From IMG/VR virus record IMGVR_UViG_3300008262_000226, positions 1 to 64,000 of that record: DNA of 64,000 bases. One strand, written 5' to 3'. A program made the translations under genes and the position numbers. Below, in pieces: positions 1 to 9,311 of this stretch (positions within the stretch are counted from its first letter, which is position 1; each line of letters begins with the position of its first letter). The stretch is from an uncultured virus (IMG/VR IMGVR_UViG_3300008262_000226) (Duplodnaviria > Heunggongvirae > Uroviricota > Caudoviricetes). The notes below the pieces were generated by a model. The model saw nothing but the letters and a program-made list of their open reading frames with translations. It did not search any database and was not told the DNA's origin.

Positions 1-7
1 TTAGAGA

Positions 8-676
8 ATGATATTAATAGAAAATGATTATCTCGAAAGAGTTTGCCTGATTAATAAAGATGCAAAAATTGAAGAAGTTGTATACGATGGAGTTAAATTT
101 AAGTGTATTAGAAACTTTCTGAAAAACCCAGAAGAATACATCGAGTTAATTCAGCAATTTCCAGCAACTAGAGATCACACATATTCTCCTGGTTTCAGAC
201 AAGACATCCCACCATGGGCGGCTAAATTTATTACTCTCTATATTCAAGAACATGTAGGTCAATGGAAACCTGCTAGAGTTTCATGTAACATTTACAGTGG
301 TAATATGTTGATGAAAGAACATTCAAATTTACCACATTCTGATCCGTTCTATGGTATTTGGAACTTATGGTTAAACAAAAAATGTTTAGGTGGAACTGCT
401 TTTTGGGCACATAAAAATAAGTTGCATGTTAGTGAGTTGTCAGAAGATGAATACAATCATCTTTTTGAAAAACCTCTCATGGGATCTGGATATGAAAAGT
501 GGAAAAACTTCAAAGGAGATGAAGACTGGAAGATGACATGTATTGCTCCTATGGAGTATAACACGCTTCTATTCTATAATGGAGGATTTTTCCATTCTCC
601 ATGGATTCAAGAAAGCTGGTATTTGGATGAGTATAGATACAGTATGGTTGGCATGGGAGATTTTGAAAATGTTTAG
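8..676 (+). CDS. 2OG-Fe(II) oxygenase-fold protein (DUF6445-like)
   Basis: HxD motif (PHSD), GGTAFW, distal His (FFHS) and terminal Arg. Confidence 0.65.
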   Translation: MILIENDYLERVCLINKDAKIEEVVYDGVKFKCIRNFLKNPEEYIELIQQFPATRDHTYSPGFRQDIPPWAAKFITLYIQEHVGQWKPARVSCNIYSGNMLMKEHSNLPHSDPFYGIWNLWLNKKCLGGTAFWAHKNKLHVSELSEDEYNHLFEKPLMGSGYEKWKNFKGDEDWKMTCIAPMEYNTLLFYNGGFFHSPWIQESWYLDEYRYSMVGMGDFENV

Positions 677-2354
677 TTTACCAATTAATCCAAAGATCGA
701 TGAGAACTTTGCTAATAATATTCTCATTCCTTTTCTAAAAAAATACAAGGAATACATCTTTGACTTATATTTCACTTGTCGTATGCCTCCCTTTATGCAG
801 GATGCCATGGGTGATGTATTTGAAGATGACTTGAGGCAGACAACCTTCAATGCTCTGTATATTTCAAAGCAAACTGGTATTCCTCTGTCTGCTACGTTCA
901 ACAATCCGTATGTAAGACCAACGCAAGAAAATTTGGATTTGTTTATCAACAACTTCAAATACATCTACGAAGCTGGTGTTAGAACAGTAACTCTTCCCCA
1001 TACTTCATGGATGCTTACAGGTCAAATTCAAAAAGAGATGCCAGAACTTTATGTCAAGAATACTATTCTACATGAAGTATCGAAGGCAAATGATATTGTC
1101 TCACTTGCTAAAGCAGGTTTTCATTACATCAATCTCGATAGAGATTTAATGAGAGATCAAGACCAACTCAGGCGTCTCAAGGAAGCAAAAGATTATTGTG
1201 CTTCCATTGGAAAACCAGTCAAGTTCTCCATGCTTGCTAACGAGGGATGTTGGGGTGGATGCCCTATCATGCCTGAGCATTACCATTATAATAACACAAG
1301 AGAAAATCACGAACCACCATACTTCGGTAATATTATCAGTCGTGTATCGTGTTCTAAGTGGGAGCAGCAAGATAGCTCAGCAGTTTTGAAGTCAGCAAAT
1401 TTACCACCTTGGAAAAAGGATTGGGAAGAGATGTTTGATCTTGGTATTGATGTTTTCAAACTACATGGCAGAGAAAGTGTAATGCGTTTGAAGGAGAGTA
1501 TGGATATTATTCATCGCTGGGCGAACGATGAAGAACTTCTATTCCCAGAACTCAATACTTATATCGAAAATAAGAGTTTGAAGGAAAGACCTATCGATAT
1601 CTGGCGCGAGAAGATCAAAACTTGTAAGTTTGATTGTTGGGATTGTAACTACTGCGAGGCAGTAATTGACGCCCATCACAAAAAGCAAGATAGAGTTCTA
1701 CACCCACTCGTTCAACTTACCCTCGATGCTATTGACAAATCAGCAACTGGCGATACAAAATTCAATCCACAAGGATTCAATATCGAAGGATTATCTTCTG
1801 ATAGAGTTCGTCATTTCCTCAACCACCTCTGCTCAGATTCTAAGAATACCTACTTAGAGATTGGTTGCTATACTGGTAGCACATATTTCGCTGCTATCAT
1901 GGGAAATGATATCATGTCGTATGCTGTGGATAATTTTGCTGCCCCCATTGCTCCTGCCAGAGATGATATTGAATGGAAGGGGTGTGAGAATCCAAAAGCA
2001 GAATTGGCAAGAAACAACATCTTGTTTGGCAGTTTAAAATCTGTTATAATAGACACAGATGCTAGGCAACTCAATGCTTCGCATTTTTCCAAAAAACCCA
2101 ACATCATATTCTATGATGGAGAGCACGATGAACAGCAAATAGATTGTTTGAATACTTTATTACCAAATTTACAAAATACTTTTATATTGGTAGTAGATGA
2201 TGCAAACTTTGACGGAGTTGTTCGGGGAACCGAAAAATTTGTAGGTATAAATAATCTACGAATACTATTTGAAAGGCAAATAATTACGCCTCAAATAGAA
2301 GACGCCACAAGTTGGTGGAATGGATTACACATTTTAGTTCTATCAAAACCCTGA
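669..2354 (+). CDS. U32-peptidase-like (Fe-S) domain fused to a class I SAM-dependent methyltransferase
   Basis: NEGCWGGCP, FKLHGRE and CKFDCWDCNYC in the N-terminal part; YLEIGCYTGST, FYDGEH and VVDD in the C-terminal part; ATG 669 overlaps the end of the previous gene. Confidence 0.65.
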   Translation: MFSLPINPKIDENFANNILIPFLKKYKEYIFDLYFTCRMPPFMQDAMGDVFEDDLRQTTFNALYISKQTGIPLSATFNNPYVRPTQENLDLFINNFKYIYEAGVRTVTLPHTSWMLTGQIQKEMPELYVKNTILHEVSKANDIVSLAKAGFHYINLDRDLMRDQDQLRRLKEAKDYCASIGKPVKFSMLANEGCWGGCPIMPEHYHYNNTRENHEPPYFGNIISRVSCSKWEQQDSSAVLKSANLPPWKKDWEEMFDLGIDVFKLHGRESVMRLKESMDIIHRWANDEELLFPELNTYIENKSLKERPIDIWREKIKTCKFDCWDCNYCEAVIDAHHKKQDRVLHPLVQLTLDAIDKSATGDTKFNPQGFNIEGLSSDRVRHFLNHLCSDSKNTYLEIGCYTGSTYFAAIMGNDIMSYAVDNFAAPIAPARDDIEWKGCENPKAELARNNILFGSLKSVIIDTDARQLNASHFSKKPNIIFYDGEHDEQQIDCLNTLLPNLQNTFILVVDDANFDGVVRGTEKFVGINNLRILFERQIITPQIEDATSWWNGLHILVLSKP

Positions 2355-2361
2355 GGATACT

Positions 2362-2556
2362 ATGGATACAACACAACTTAAAGAAAACTTCACCACTCAA
2401 CTTACTACTGTTGATGGTCAAATTGCGAAACTAGAAGAAGAACTAGCAAAAGCAAAAGAATATCGCCTCAAGCTACAAGGTGGATTAGAGACTCTAGACC
2501 TTCTTAATCCCCCCACAGAAGAAGAAACAGCAACGGAAGAAGTAGCAGCAGAATGA
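2362..2556 (+). CDS. small acidic coiled-coil protein
   Basis: GAGG SD, heptad pattern. Confidence 0.7.
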   Translation: MDTTQLKENFTTQLTTVDGQIAKLEEELAKAKEYRLKLQGGLETLDLLNPPTEEETATEEVAAE

Positions 2557-2560
2557 TTTC

Positions 2561-3055
2561 ATGACTTATGAAATCATTGATGATTATTTGCCACCAGTTG
2601 TTCATCAAAATTTATACAATTTTTTGATGAACAACATGTTTCCGTGGCAATTTGTTAATGCAGTAAATAGCGAAGATGAAGATAAAAATTTTGTAAATAA
2701 TTTTTATTTTATCCATCTTTTCTATGGAATGCACAAACCAACCAGCGAACATTTTGAATTGGTAGTTCCTTTACTAAACAAATTAAATCCAAAAGCTTTA
2801 ATGAGAATAAAGGGTAATCTTTATACTAGAACAGAAAATTTGGTTCATCACTCTCAACATTCCGACTATAAATTTAAACATAAAGCAGCAATATATTATG
2901 TCAATGATAATGATGGTTACACCATTCTTCACGATGGAACCAAAATAGAAAGTGTTGCTAATAGAATGTTATTGTTCGATGCTTCAAGATTACACAATTC
3001 AACAAACTGCACCAACACAAAAGTTCGCTGCAATATAAACTTCAATTATTTTTAA
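2561..3055 (+). CDS. 2OG-Fe(II) oxygenase
   Basis: HSD, IYYVNDNDGYT, ANRMLLFD..LHNS, RCNINFNYF; typical cyanophage oxygenase. Confidence 0.8.
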   Translation: MTYEIIDDYLPPVVHQNLYNFLMNNMFPWQFVNAVNSEDEDKNFVNNFYFIHLFYGMHKPTSEHFELVVPLLNKLNPKALMRIKGNLYTRTENLVHHSQHSDYKFKHKAAIYYVNDNDGYTILHDGTKIESVANRMLLFDASRLHNSTNCTNTKVRCNINFNYF

Positions 3056-3063
3056 TATAAATA

Positions 3064-3096
3064 CCCTTCTTATAAATACATAAGAAGGGATTTTTT
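3064..3096 (+). terminator. intrinsic terminator containing late promoter TATAAATA (3071-3078)
   Basis: 10-bp stem cccttcttat/ataagaaggg followed by a T-run. Confidence 0.7.
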
Positions 3097-3108
3097 ATAG
3101 GGCTTTAC

Positions 3109-3921
3109 ATGTCAGCATCAAAGCCAGCAACCAGAGAGGAGTTAAAGCAATACTGCCTCCGAGAGTTAGGCAAACCAGTTTTAGAAATCAACGTAGCAGA
3201 TCAACAACTAGAAGATCGCATTGATGAAGCTCTGCAGTTTTTCCAGGAGCGTCATTTTGACGGTATGGATAAAATGTATCTAAAACATACGTTAACTCAA
3301 ACCGAAGTAGATAGATTTAAAGGAAATAATATCACACACAACACATCAGAAGGTGACGTGTGGACTGAACGAGGTAACTACTTAGATTTACCAGATCATA
3401 TTATTGGCGTAGAAAAAGTATTTGGTGTAACCTCTAGCAGCATTCGTGGAGATCTCTTTGGTATCGAATATCAAATCTTCCTTAATGACCTATACGCTTT
3501 TGGTTCGATTGATATTCTAAACTACTACATGGTTAAGAGTTATATCGAAACACTCGATATGGTTCTGAATACAGGTGCTCTGATTCGCTTCAGATTTACC
3601 AAGAGAGATGGTCGTCTCTACATTGACTATGATCCTCAGATGCTAACTAAGGATAAGATTCTTATCATCGAGTGCTATAGAGCATTGGATCCCACAGACC
3701 TCACAAAGATTTGGAATGACTTCTGGTTAAAGAGATATACCACTGCACTATTCAAGCGTCAGTGGGGGCAAAATCTTATCAAGTTTAATAATGTTCAACT
3801 ACCTGGCGGTGTCTCACTCAATGGTCGTCAGATTTATGAGGATGCAATCAGAGAGATTGAAGATATCGAATCTAAGATTATTTCTGATTATGAACTACCA
3901 CCACTAGATATGATTGGATAA
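3109..3921 (+). CDS. gp13: neck protein
   Basis: LRELGKPVLEINV, QWGQNLIKF, LPGGVSLNG; synteny. Confidence 0.93.
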   Translation: MSASKPATREELKQYCLRELGKPVLEINVADQQLEDRIDEALQFFQERHFDGMDKMYLKHTLTQTEVDRFKGNNITHNTSEGDVWTERGNYLDLPDHIIGVEKVFGVTSSSIRGDLFGIEYQIFLNDLYAFGSIDILNYYMVKSYIETLDMVLNTGALIRFRFTKRDGRLYIDYDPQMLTKDKILIIECYRALDPTDLTKIWNDFWLKRYTTALFKRQWGQNLIKFNNVQLPGGVSLNGRQIYEDAIREIEDIESKIISDYELPPLDMIG

Positions 3922-4820
3922 TGGCAAAGAGTCAATACTTCCCCCAGTATGGTGGGAACACATCAGAACAAACATTAGTGCAAGATCTTGTAGACGAACA
4001 GATCAAACTGTTTGGGCAAGATGTTTACTATGTTCCAAAAACAATGTTGATCGATAAAACCTTGAATGATGTAATTCTTTCAAAGTTTGAAGACAAAGTA
4101 ATGATTGAAATGATGCTCATTAATGTAGAAGGTTTTGGTGGTTCTGGTGCGGTAGCAATGTCTAAGTTCGGTCTCAGATTATCTGACGAGATCACATATG
4201 CTGTATCCAAAAGAAGATGGATCAACTATGTAGAAACAGAGATTGATACAAGAGTTCCTAATAGACCGAATGAAGGAGATCTTCTTTATGTTCCTATGAC
4301 AAACAATCTTTATGAGATTAAGTTTGTTGAAAGAGAAGTTCCTTTCTATCAGTTAGGTAAAAACTATATTTTTGCTTTGACTTGCGAACTCATCGAAAAC
4401 GCAGACAACTATTTCGATACTGGAGATCCTGTCATTGATGATCTCACACAAGAATCTCATGTCTTCCCAGTCTTCATGAAGACTGGTGGAACAGGTGTAT
4501 TTACTCCAGGGGAGATTGTAGAGCAAACATACACAGTTGATGGTGCTCCAGTTACTACAACGGCTACAGTTGCTGACTGGAATCCTACTACACGCAAACT
4601 AAGATTGACATATATAAATGGTGTATTAAAGCCAAACGTTGCTCTAGAAGGGCAAGACAGTGGTGCTACATGGATCGTAGATACATTCTCTACGATTGAT
4701 TTTGATATTGACAACTATGATAATGATCAAAATAAAGTAATGGAAGAGAAAGCAGATGCAATTCTCGACTTCACTGAAGGTAATCCATTTGGTGAATACG
4801 GAAATATGGGAGTATTCTAA
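3921..4820 (+). CDS. gp14: neck/head-closure protein
   Basis: RPNEGDLLY, PFYQLGK, DFTEGNPFG. Confidence 0.93.
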   Translation: MAKSQYFPQYGGNTSEQTLVQDLVDEQIKLFGQDVYYVPKTMLIDKTLNDVILSKFEDKVMIEMMLINVEGFGGSGAVAMSKFGLRLSDEITYAVSKRRWINYVETEIDTRVPNRPNEGDLLYVPMTNNLYEIKFVEREVPFYQLGKNYIFALTCELIENADNYFDTGDPVIDDLTQESHVFPVFMKTGGTGVFTPGEIVEQTYTVDGAPVTTTATVADWNPTTRKLRLTYINGVLKPNVALEGQDSGATWIVDTFSTIDFDIDNYDNDQNKVMEEKADAILDFTEGNPFGEYGNMGVF

Positions 4821-5617
4821 TGTTAGGAAATCGTTTTTACCACGAAATCATTAAAAAGAATGTAAAGGCATTTGGAACTATTTTCAATAATATTCAAATT
4901 GAAAAAAGAGATCCCGATACTAATGCAGTCATTCGCCAGGAAAAGGTGGCACTTGCATATGGCCCTAAGAGTAAGTTTCTTGCTCGCTTAGATCAAGACC
5001 CAAGCACTGAGCGTAAGGTTAGCATTACGATGCCTCGTATCTCTTTTGAGATGACTGGTATCACCTACGACCCATCTAGAAAAACTTCTCCTATACAAAA
5101 ATATCTGAAAAAACAAGATGCAGATTCTGTAAAAGTTCAGTATATGCCAGTGCCATATAATCTTGAGTTTGAACTTGGTATTCTTTCCAAGAATCAAGAT
5201 GATGCTCTGCAGATTCTAGAGCAGATTCTACCATTTTTTCAACCATCTTTTAATGTAACAATTAATCTCATTCCAGAAATGAATGAGAAAAAAGATCTTC
5301 CAATCATTTTAAATAACATCAGTTACGAGGATGATTATGAAGACGATATGATGCGTAGAAGAGCAATCATCTACACACTTTCATTTACATTAAAGACATA
5401 TATGTATGGTCCTGTTACCGATTCCGAAATTATTCGCAAGGCAACAGTATTTGAAACTCTCGGTGATTATCAAGAGCACAGAAGAGCAGTTCGTTACGAT
5501 GTAACTCCAAGAGCTCTCACAGACCAGGATGGAGATAATGATGTAGATGCAGCGGATGATGCACTACTCATGCCAGATGATGACTTTGGATTTAACGAGG
5601 GGATTACATTACTATGA
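4820..5617 (+). CDS. gp15: tail sheath stabiliser/terminator
   Basis: AFGTIFNNI, YGPKSKFL, MPRISFEM, PVPYNLEFEL. Confidence 0.93.
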   Translation: MLGNRFYHEIIKKNVKAFGTIFNNIQIEKRDPDTNAVIRQEKVALAYGPKSKFLARLDQDPSTERKVSITMPRISFEMTGITYDPSRKTSPIQKYLKKQDADSVKVQYMPVPYNLEFELGILSKNQDDALQILEQILPFFQPSFNVTINLIPEMNEKKDLPIILNNISYEDDYEDDMMRRRAIIYTLSFTLKTYMYGPVTDSEIIRKATVFETLGDYQEHRRAVRYDVTPRALTDQDGDNDVDAADDALLMPDDDFGFNEGITLL

Positions 5618-6021
5618 GCACATTTGAAGACAACATGGAAGAGATCTTTGACATAGCACCCATTGAACAAACGACTGAAATGATTACTCAAGCAAATAGT
5701 GAGATTAGCGTTGATGCTAACAAGGATTATGAATATACCAGAGGGCAGTTATACACCCTCATATCACAGGGTCAGGAGGCGGTGCAAGGCGCTTTAGAGG
5801 TTGCTCAGGAGTCAGGGCACCCTAGAGCATATGAGGTTGCTGTGAACGCTATGAAGCAGGTTGCAGACATGTCTGACAAGTTGATTGATCTTCAGCACAA
5901 GATGAAGAATCTAAACAAGGAAGATAAGAAGTTAACACCAACCACAGTCAATAACACAATGTTTATTGGCACAACGGCAGATCTTCAAAAGATGATTAAA
6001 GATGCCGCCAAGAATAAATAG
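5614..6021 (+). CDS. gp16: terminase small subunit
   Basis: DYEYTR, HPRAYEV, NNTMFIGTTADLQK. Confidence 0.92.
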   Translation: MSTFEDNMEEIFDIAPIEQTTEMITQANSEISVDANKDYEYTRGQLYTLISQGQEAVQGALEVAQESGHPRAYEVAVNAMKQVADMSDKLIDLQHKMKNLNKEDKKLTPTTVNNTMFIGTTADLQKMIKDAAKNK

Positions 6022-6040
6022 AAAATAAACGGAAAAGACA

Positions 6041-6310
6041 ATGAGAGTTAAAATCTTAGGAAGTGCTGTAACCCTTACAACTACACCCAATGTAGTTGGT
6101 TCAACTGCTGTTGATATTCTACTTGTTCACGATGCTGGCGGTAATACTGGAAGAACAATCACGCTTTATGAAAATGATGGAACTACTGTAGTTGGTTCTT
6201 TTTTCTCTAATCCTGGCACAGAGATTGTTATTCATAAAAAAGCAGATCAAAAACTCAAAGTTGATACTGGAACAGATGTAAGAGCTACTCCTATTGCTTA
6301 TTTCTCATGA
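6041..6310 (+). CDS. hypothetical protein, possibly virion-associated
   Basis: clean ORF after a late TAAATA element. Confidence 0.65.
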   Translation: MRVKILGSAVTLTTTPNVVGSTAVDILLVHDAGGNTGRTITLYENDGTTVVGSFFSNPGTEIVIHKKADQKLKVDTGTDVRATPIAYFS

Positions 6311-7026
6311 AAAAGAAAGTTCCTACAGAGAAAGAAATCGCCAAGAAGCATAGTGTCTCTGTTGACACTATTATTAGACAAGCAGAGATTGGTTCTACTG
6401 TGGAACGAGAGCATGTCACCACACATGAAGAAGCATATGGTATTGCTCTACAACATTTAGATGAGTTCCCAGATTACTACACACACCTACTTAAGATGGA
6501 AAAAGAACTAAAAGCACAACACAAGAAAAGAACTGTTAAAGAAATGTGGGCAATCTGTGAAAACCATGTAGCAGTTGCCATGGGTAAAGAGATCGATGAC
6601 GAAGGTGGAATGATTATGAGTCAACTTGATACTATTGAGAATGCAGTGACTCGTCTTCGCACAGTTGTAAGTGATCCTAAAATGCAACTACCAGGATGGG
6701 TGCAGTCTAAAGTAACTCTTGCTTGCGACTACATTGATACTGCTGCTGACTACATGACAAGTAAGAATGAATCTGTTGAAGTTTCAGAATCTGCTTGGAC
6801 TCGTAAGGAGGGTCAGAACAAAAATGGCGGGCTCAACGAAAAAGGAAGAAAATCTTACGAAAGAGAAAATCCAGGAAGCGACCTTAAGGCACCTTCAAAA
6901 AAGGTTGGAAATCCCCGTAGGGCGTCATTTTGTGCAAGAATGAAAGGTATGCGTAAGAGACAAAAAGATAAGAATAATACTGGCGAAGATCGTCTATCTA
7001 AATCTCTTCGTGCGTGGAATTGCTGA
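6307..7026 (+). CDS. modular basic protein, candidate internal head protein
   Basis: IALQHLDEFPDYY and RRASFCARMKG modules. Confidence 0.65.
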   Translation: MKKKVPTEKEIAKKHSVSVDTIIRQAEIGSTVEREHVTTHEEAYGIALQHLDEFPDYYTHLLKMEKELKAQHKKRTVKEMWAICENHVAVAMGKEIDDEGGMIMSQLDTIENAVTRLRTVVSDPKMQLPGWVQSKVTLACDYIDTAADYMTSKNESVEVSESAWTRKEGQNKNGGLNEKGRKSYERENPGSDLKAPSKKVGNPRRASFCARMKGMRKRQKDKNNTGEDRLSKSLRAWNC

Positions 7027-7103
7027 CATAAAAAGTTACTATTGTAACTTGACAAACATTCATTACCCTATATAATATCATTACCGTATCAAGGTAAGAC
7101 TCA

Positions 7104-7337
7104 ATGGATACAAAGACCTGCCCTAAATGTGGGGCGTGCTGGATCGGTGGGCAACACTACTGGGTAGGCACAAATAAGAAGGGTAATGAAACGGAACTCG
7201 CTTCATTAGTTTGTGATAGATCAGGTGATGATACCTGCATCAATCCAGCAAGGGGAACCACCAAAGGAGATGGGTGGGAAAAAAGATTAAATAGTATGCA
7301 AGAAATCGAAAAGGATATTAGAAGAGCAAATGAGTGA
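7104..7337 (+). CDS. small CxxC protein
   Basis: CPKCGACW; upstream TTGACA (7049)...TATAAT (7071). Confidence 0.7.
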   Translation: MDTKTCPKCGACWIGGQHYWVGTNKKGNETELASLVCDRSGDDTCINPARGTTKGDGWEKRLNSMQEIEKDIRRANE

Positions 7338-8994
7338 TAATGTATATCTTGGTAATCCTAATCTAAAGAAAGCTAATACCGCTATTAGTTTTACAAAGGA
7401 TCAAGTCGAAGAGTTTATTAAATGCAAAGATGACCCAGTTTACTTTGCAAAGAACTATGTGAAGATCATCTCTCTTGATGAAGGTCTTGTTCCTTTTGAG
7501 ATGTATGATTTCCAAGAGAAACTCATTACTAACTTCCATACACATCGATTCAACATTGCCAAACTTCCGAGACAGACAGGAAAATCAACGACGGTTATTT
7601 CCTATCTGTTGCATTATGCTGTCTTCAACGACAACATTAAGATTGCTATTCTAGCAAACAAAGCAGAAACTTCAAGAGAACTTCTGTCTCGTTTGCAGTT
7701 GGCATATGAGAATCTTCCGAAGTGGATGCAGCAAGGTATTATAGCATGGAACAAAGGATCTATGGAACTGGATAATGGTTCCAAGATTATAGCAGCATCC
7801 ACCTCATCATCCGCTGTTCGAGGAAACTCTTTTAACATCATCTTCCTTGACGAGTTTGCGTTCGTTCCTAACCACATGGCGGAACAGTTCTTCTCGTCTG
7901 TATATCCTACTATCTCGTCTGGTAAGACCACAAAGGTTATTATCATTTCTACCCCACAGGGTATGAATATGTTCTACAAGCTGTGGCACGACGCAGAGCG
8001 TGGCAGGAATGGATATGTGCCACTGGAAGTTCACTGGAGCGCAGTTCCTGGTAGAGATGAGAAGTGGAAAGAAGAGACCATCAGGAACACCTCTGAGAGG
8101 CAGTTCACGCAGGAGTTTGAGTGTGAGTTCCTTGGATCGGTTGATACGCTGATCTCAGCATCTAAGTTACGCTCGATGGTGTTTGAGGATCCCATACAAG
8201 ATAATAGTAAAGGATTGAAGGTATACGAGGAAGCAAAGAAAGATCACGACTACATTATGACAGTCGATGTATCCCGTGGAACCAACAATGATTACTCCGC
8301 TTTTGTCGTATTCGATATTACCACACTGCCTTGGAAGACAGTTGCTAAGTATCGAAACAACGAAATCAAACCAATCCTGTTCCCCAACATTATAGAACAG
8401 GTTGCCAAGAACTACAATAAAGCATACATCCTCGCAGAAGTCAATGATATTGGTGAGCAGGTAACAAACATTCTTCACTACGATTTGGAGTATCCAAACA
8501 TTCTGATGTGTGCCATGCGTGGTAGAGCAGGTCAGATTGTAGGTCAAGGATTCTCTGGCACCAAATCTCAACTTGGTCTGAAGATGTCAAAGGTGACGAA
8601 GAAGGTTGGGTGCTCTAACCTAAAAACATTGATTGAGGATGACAAACTTCTAATCTCAGACTACGAAATCATCAGTGAGCTTACCACATTCATTCAGAAG
8701 AATCAATCGTTTGAAGCTGATGATGGATACAATGATGACCTCGTAATGTGTCTGGTATTATTTGCGTGGTTGGCAGTTCAACCCTACTTTAGGGAGATGA
8801 CCGACAACGATGTTCGCAAGCGTATCTACGAAGAACAGAAGAATCAGATAGAACAAGACATGGCACCGTTTGGATTTATCTCAGATGGTATTAGTGATGT
8901 AGAAGAGAAGTTTATTGATGAAGATGGAAATGTTTGGTATACAGATGGATACGGCAATCCTTTTGTCGATGTAGAATACATGATAGGTTACTAA
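7330..8994 (+). CDS. gp17: terminase large subunit
   Basis: YLGNPNLK, PRQTGKST Walker A, IFLDEFAF, DDLVM. Confidence 0.97.
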   Translation: MSDNVYLGNPNLKKANTAISFTKDQVEEFIKCKDDPVYFAKNYVKIISLDEGLVPFEMYDFQEKLITNFHTHRFNIAKLPRQTGKSTTVISYLLHYAVFNDNIKIAILANKAETSRELLSRLQLAYENLPKWMQQGIIAWNKGSMELDNGSKIIAASTSSSAVRGNSFNIIFLDEFAFVPNHMAEQFFSSVYPTISSGKTTKVIIISTPQGMNMFYKLWHDAERGRNGYVPLEVHWSAVPGRDEKWKEETIRNTSERQFTQEFECEFLGSVDTLISASKLRSMVFEDPIQDNSKGLKVYEEAKKDHDYIMTVDVSRGTNNDYSAFVVFDITTLPWKTVAKYRNNEIKPILFPNIIEQVAKNYNKAYILAEVNDIGEQVTNILHYDLEYPNILMCAMRGRAGQIVGQGFSGTKSQLGLKMSKVTKKVGCSNLKTLIEDDKLLISDYEIISELTTFIQKNQSFEADDGYNDDLVMCLVLFAWLAVQPYFREMTDNDVRKRIYEEQKNQIEQDMAPFGFISDGISDVEEKFIDEDGNVWYTDGYGNPFVDVEYMIGY

Positions 8995-9221
8995 TGGATA
9001 TCGAAGATGAGTTTTCTTTAGATCACTTATTATTCAGAGAAAGAAAGTGTAGGGTCTGTGGAGAGACTAAAGACCTGATGACTGATTATTATGTGATACG
9101 AAAAGGAAAGAAATACTTACCATCTTCATATTCTTACGAATGCAAACAATGCACTATAAAAAGAATTATAGGTAACAGAGAAGGGAAACAAACTATTATG
9201 TGGGAATATCCTGATTGGTAA
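8994..9221 (+). CDS. small zinc-finger protein
   Basis: CRVC...CKQC; start at ATG 8994. Confidence 0.65.
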   Translation: MDIEDEFSLDHLLFRERKCRVCGETKDLMTDYYVIRKGKKYLPSSYSYECKQCTIKRIIGNREGKQTIMWEYPDW

Positions 9222-9311
9222 ATTGTTCATGCACTGTTTCCCCATTTGAAATACTCTTTTTCATAAATATTTGTAGTTAAAAAATGAACTAATTTCATCG
9301 AGGAGACAAAC

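Noticed and set aside
543..668. Longer start for the U32/methyltransferase ORF
   Set aside because: It overlaps the previous gene by 134 nt; ATG 669 gives a normal short overlap
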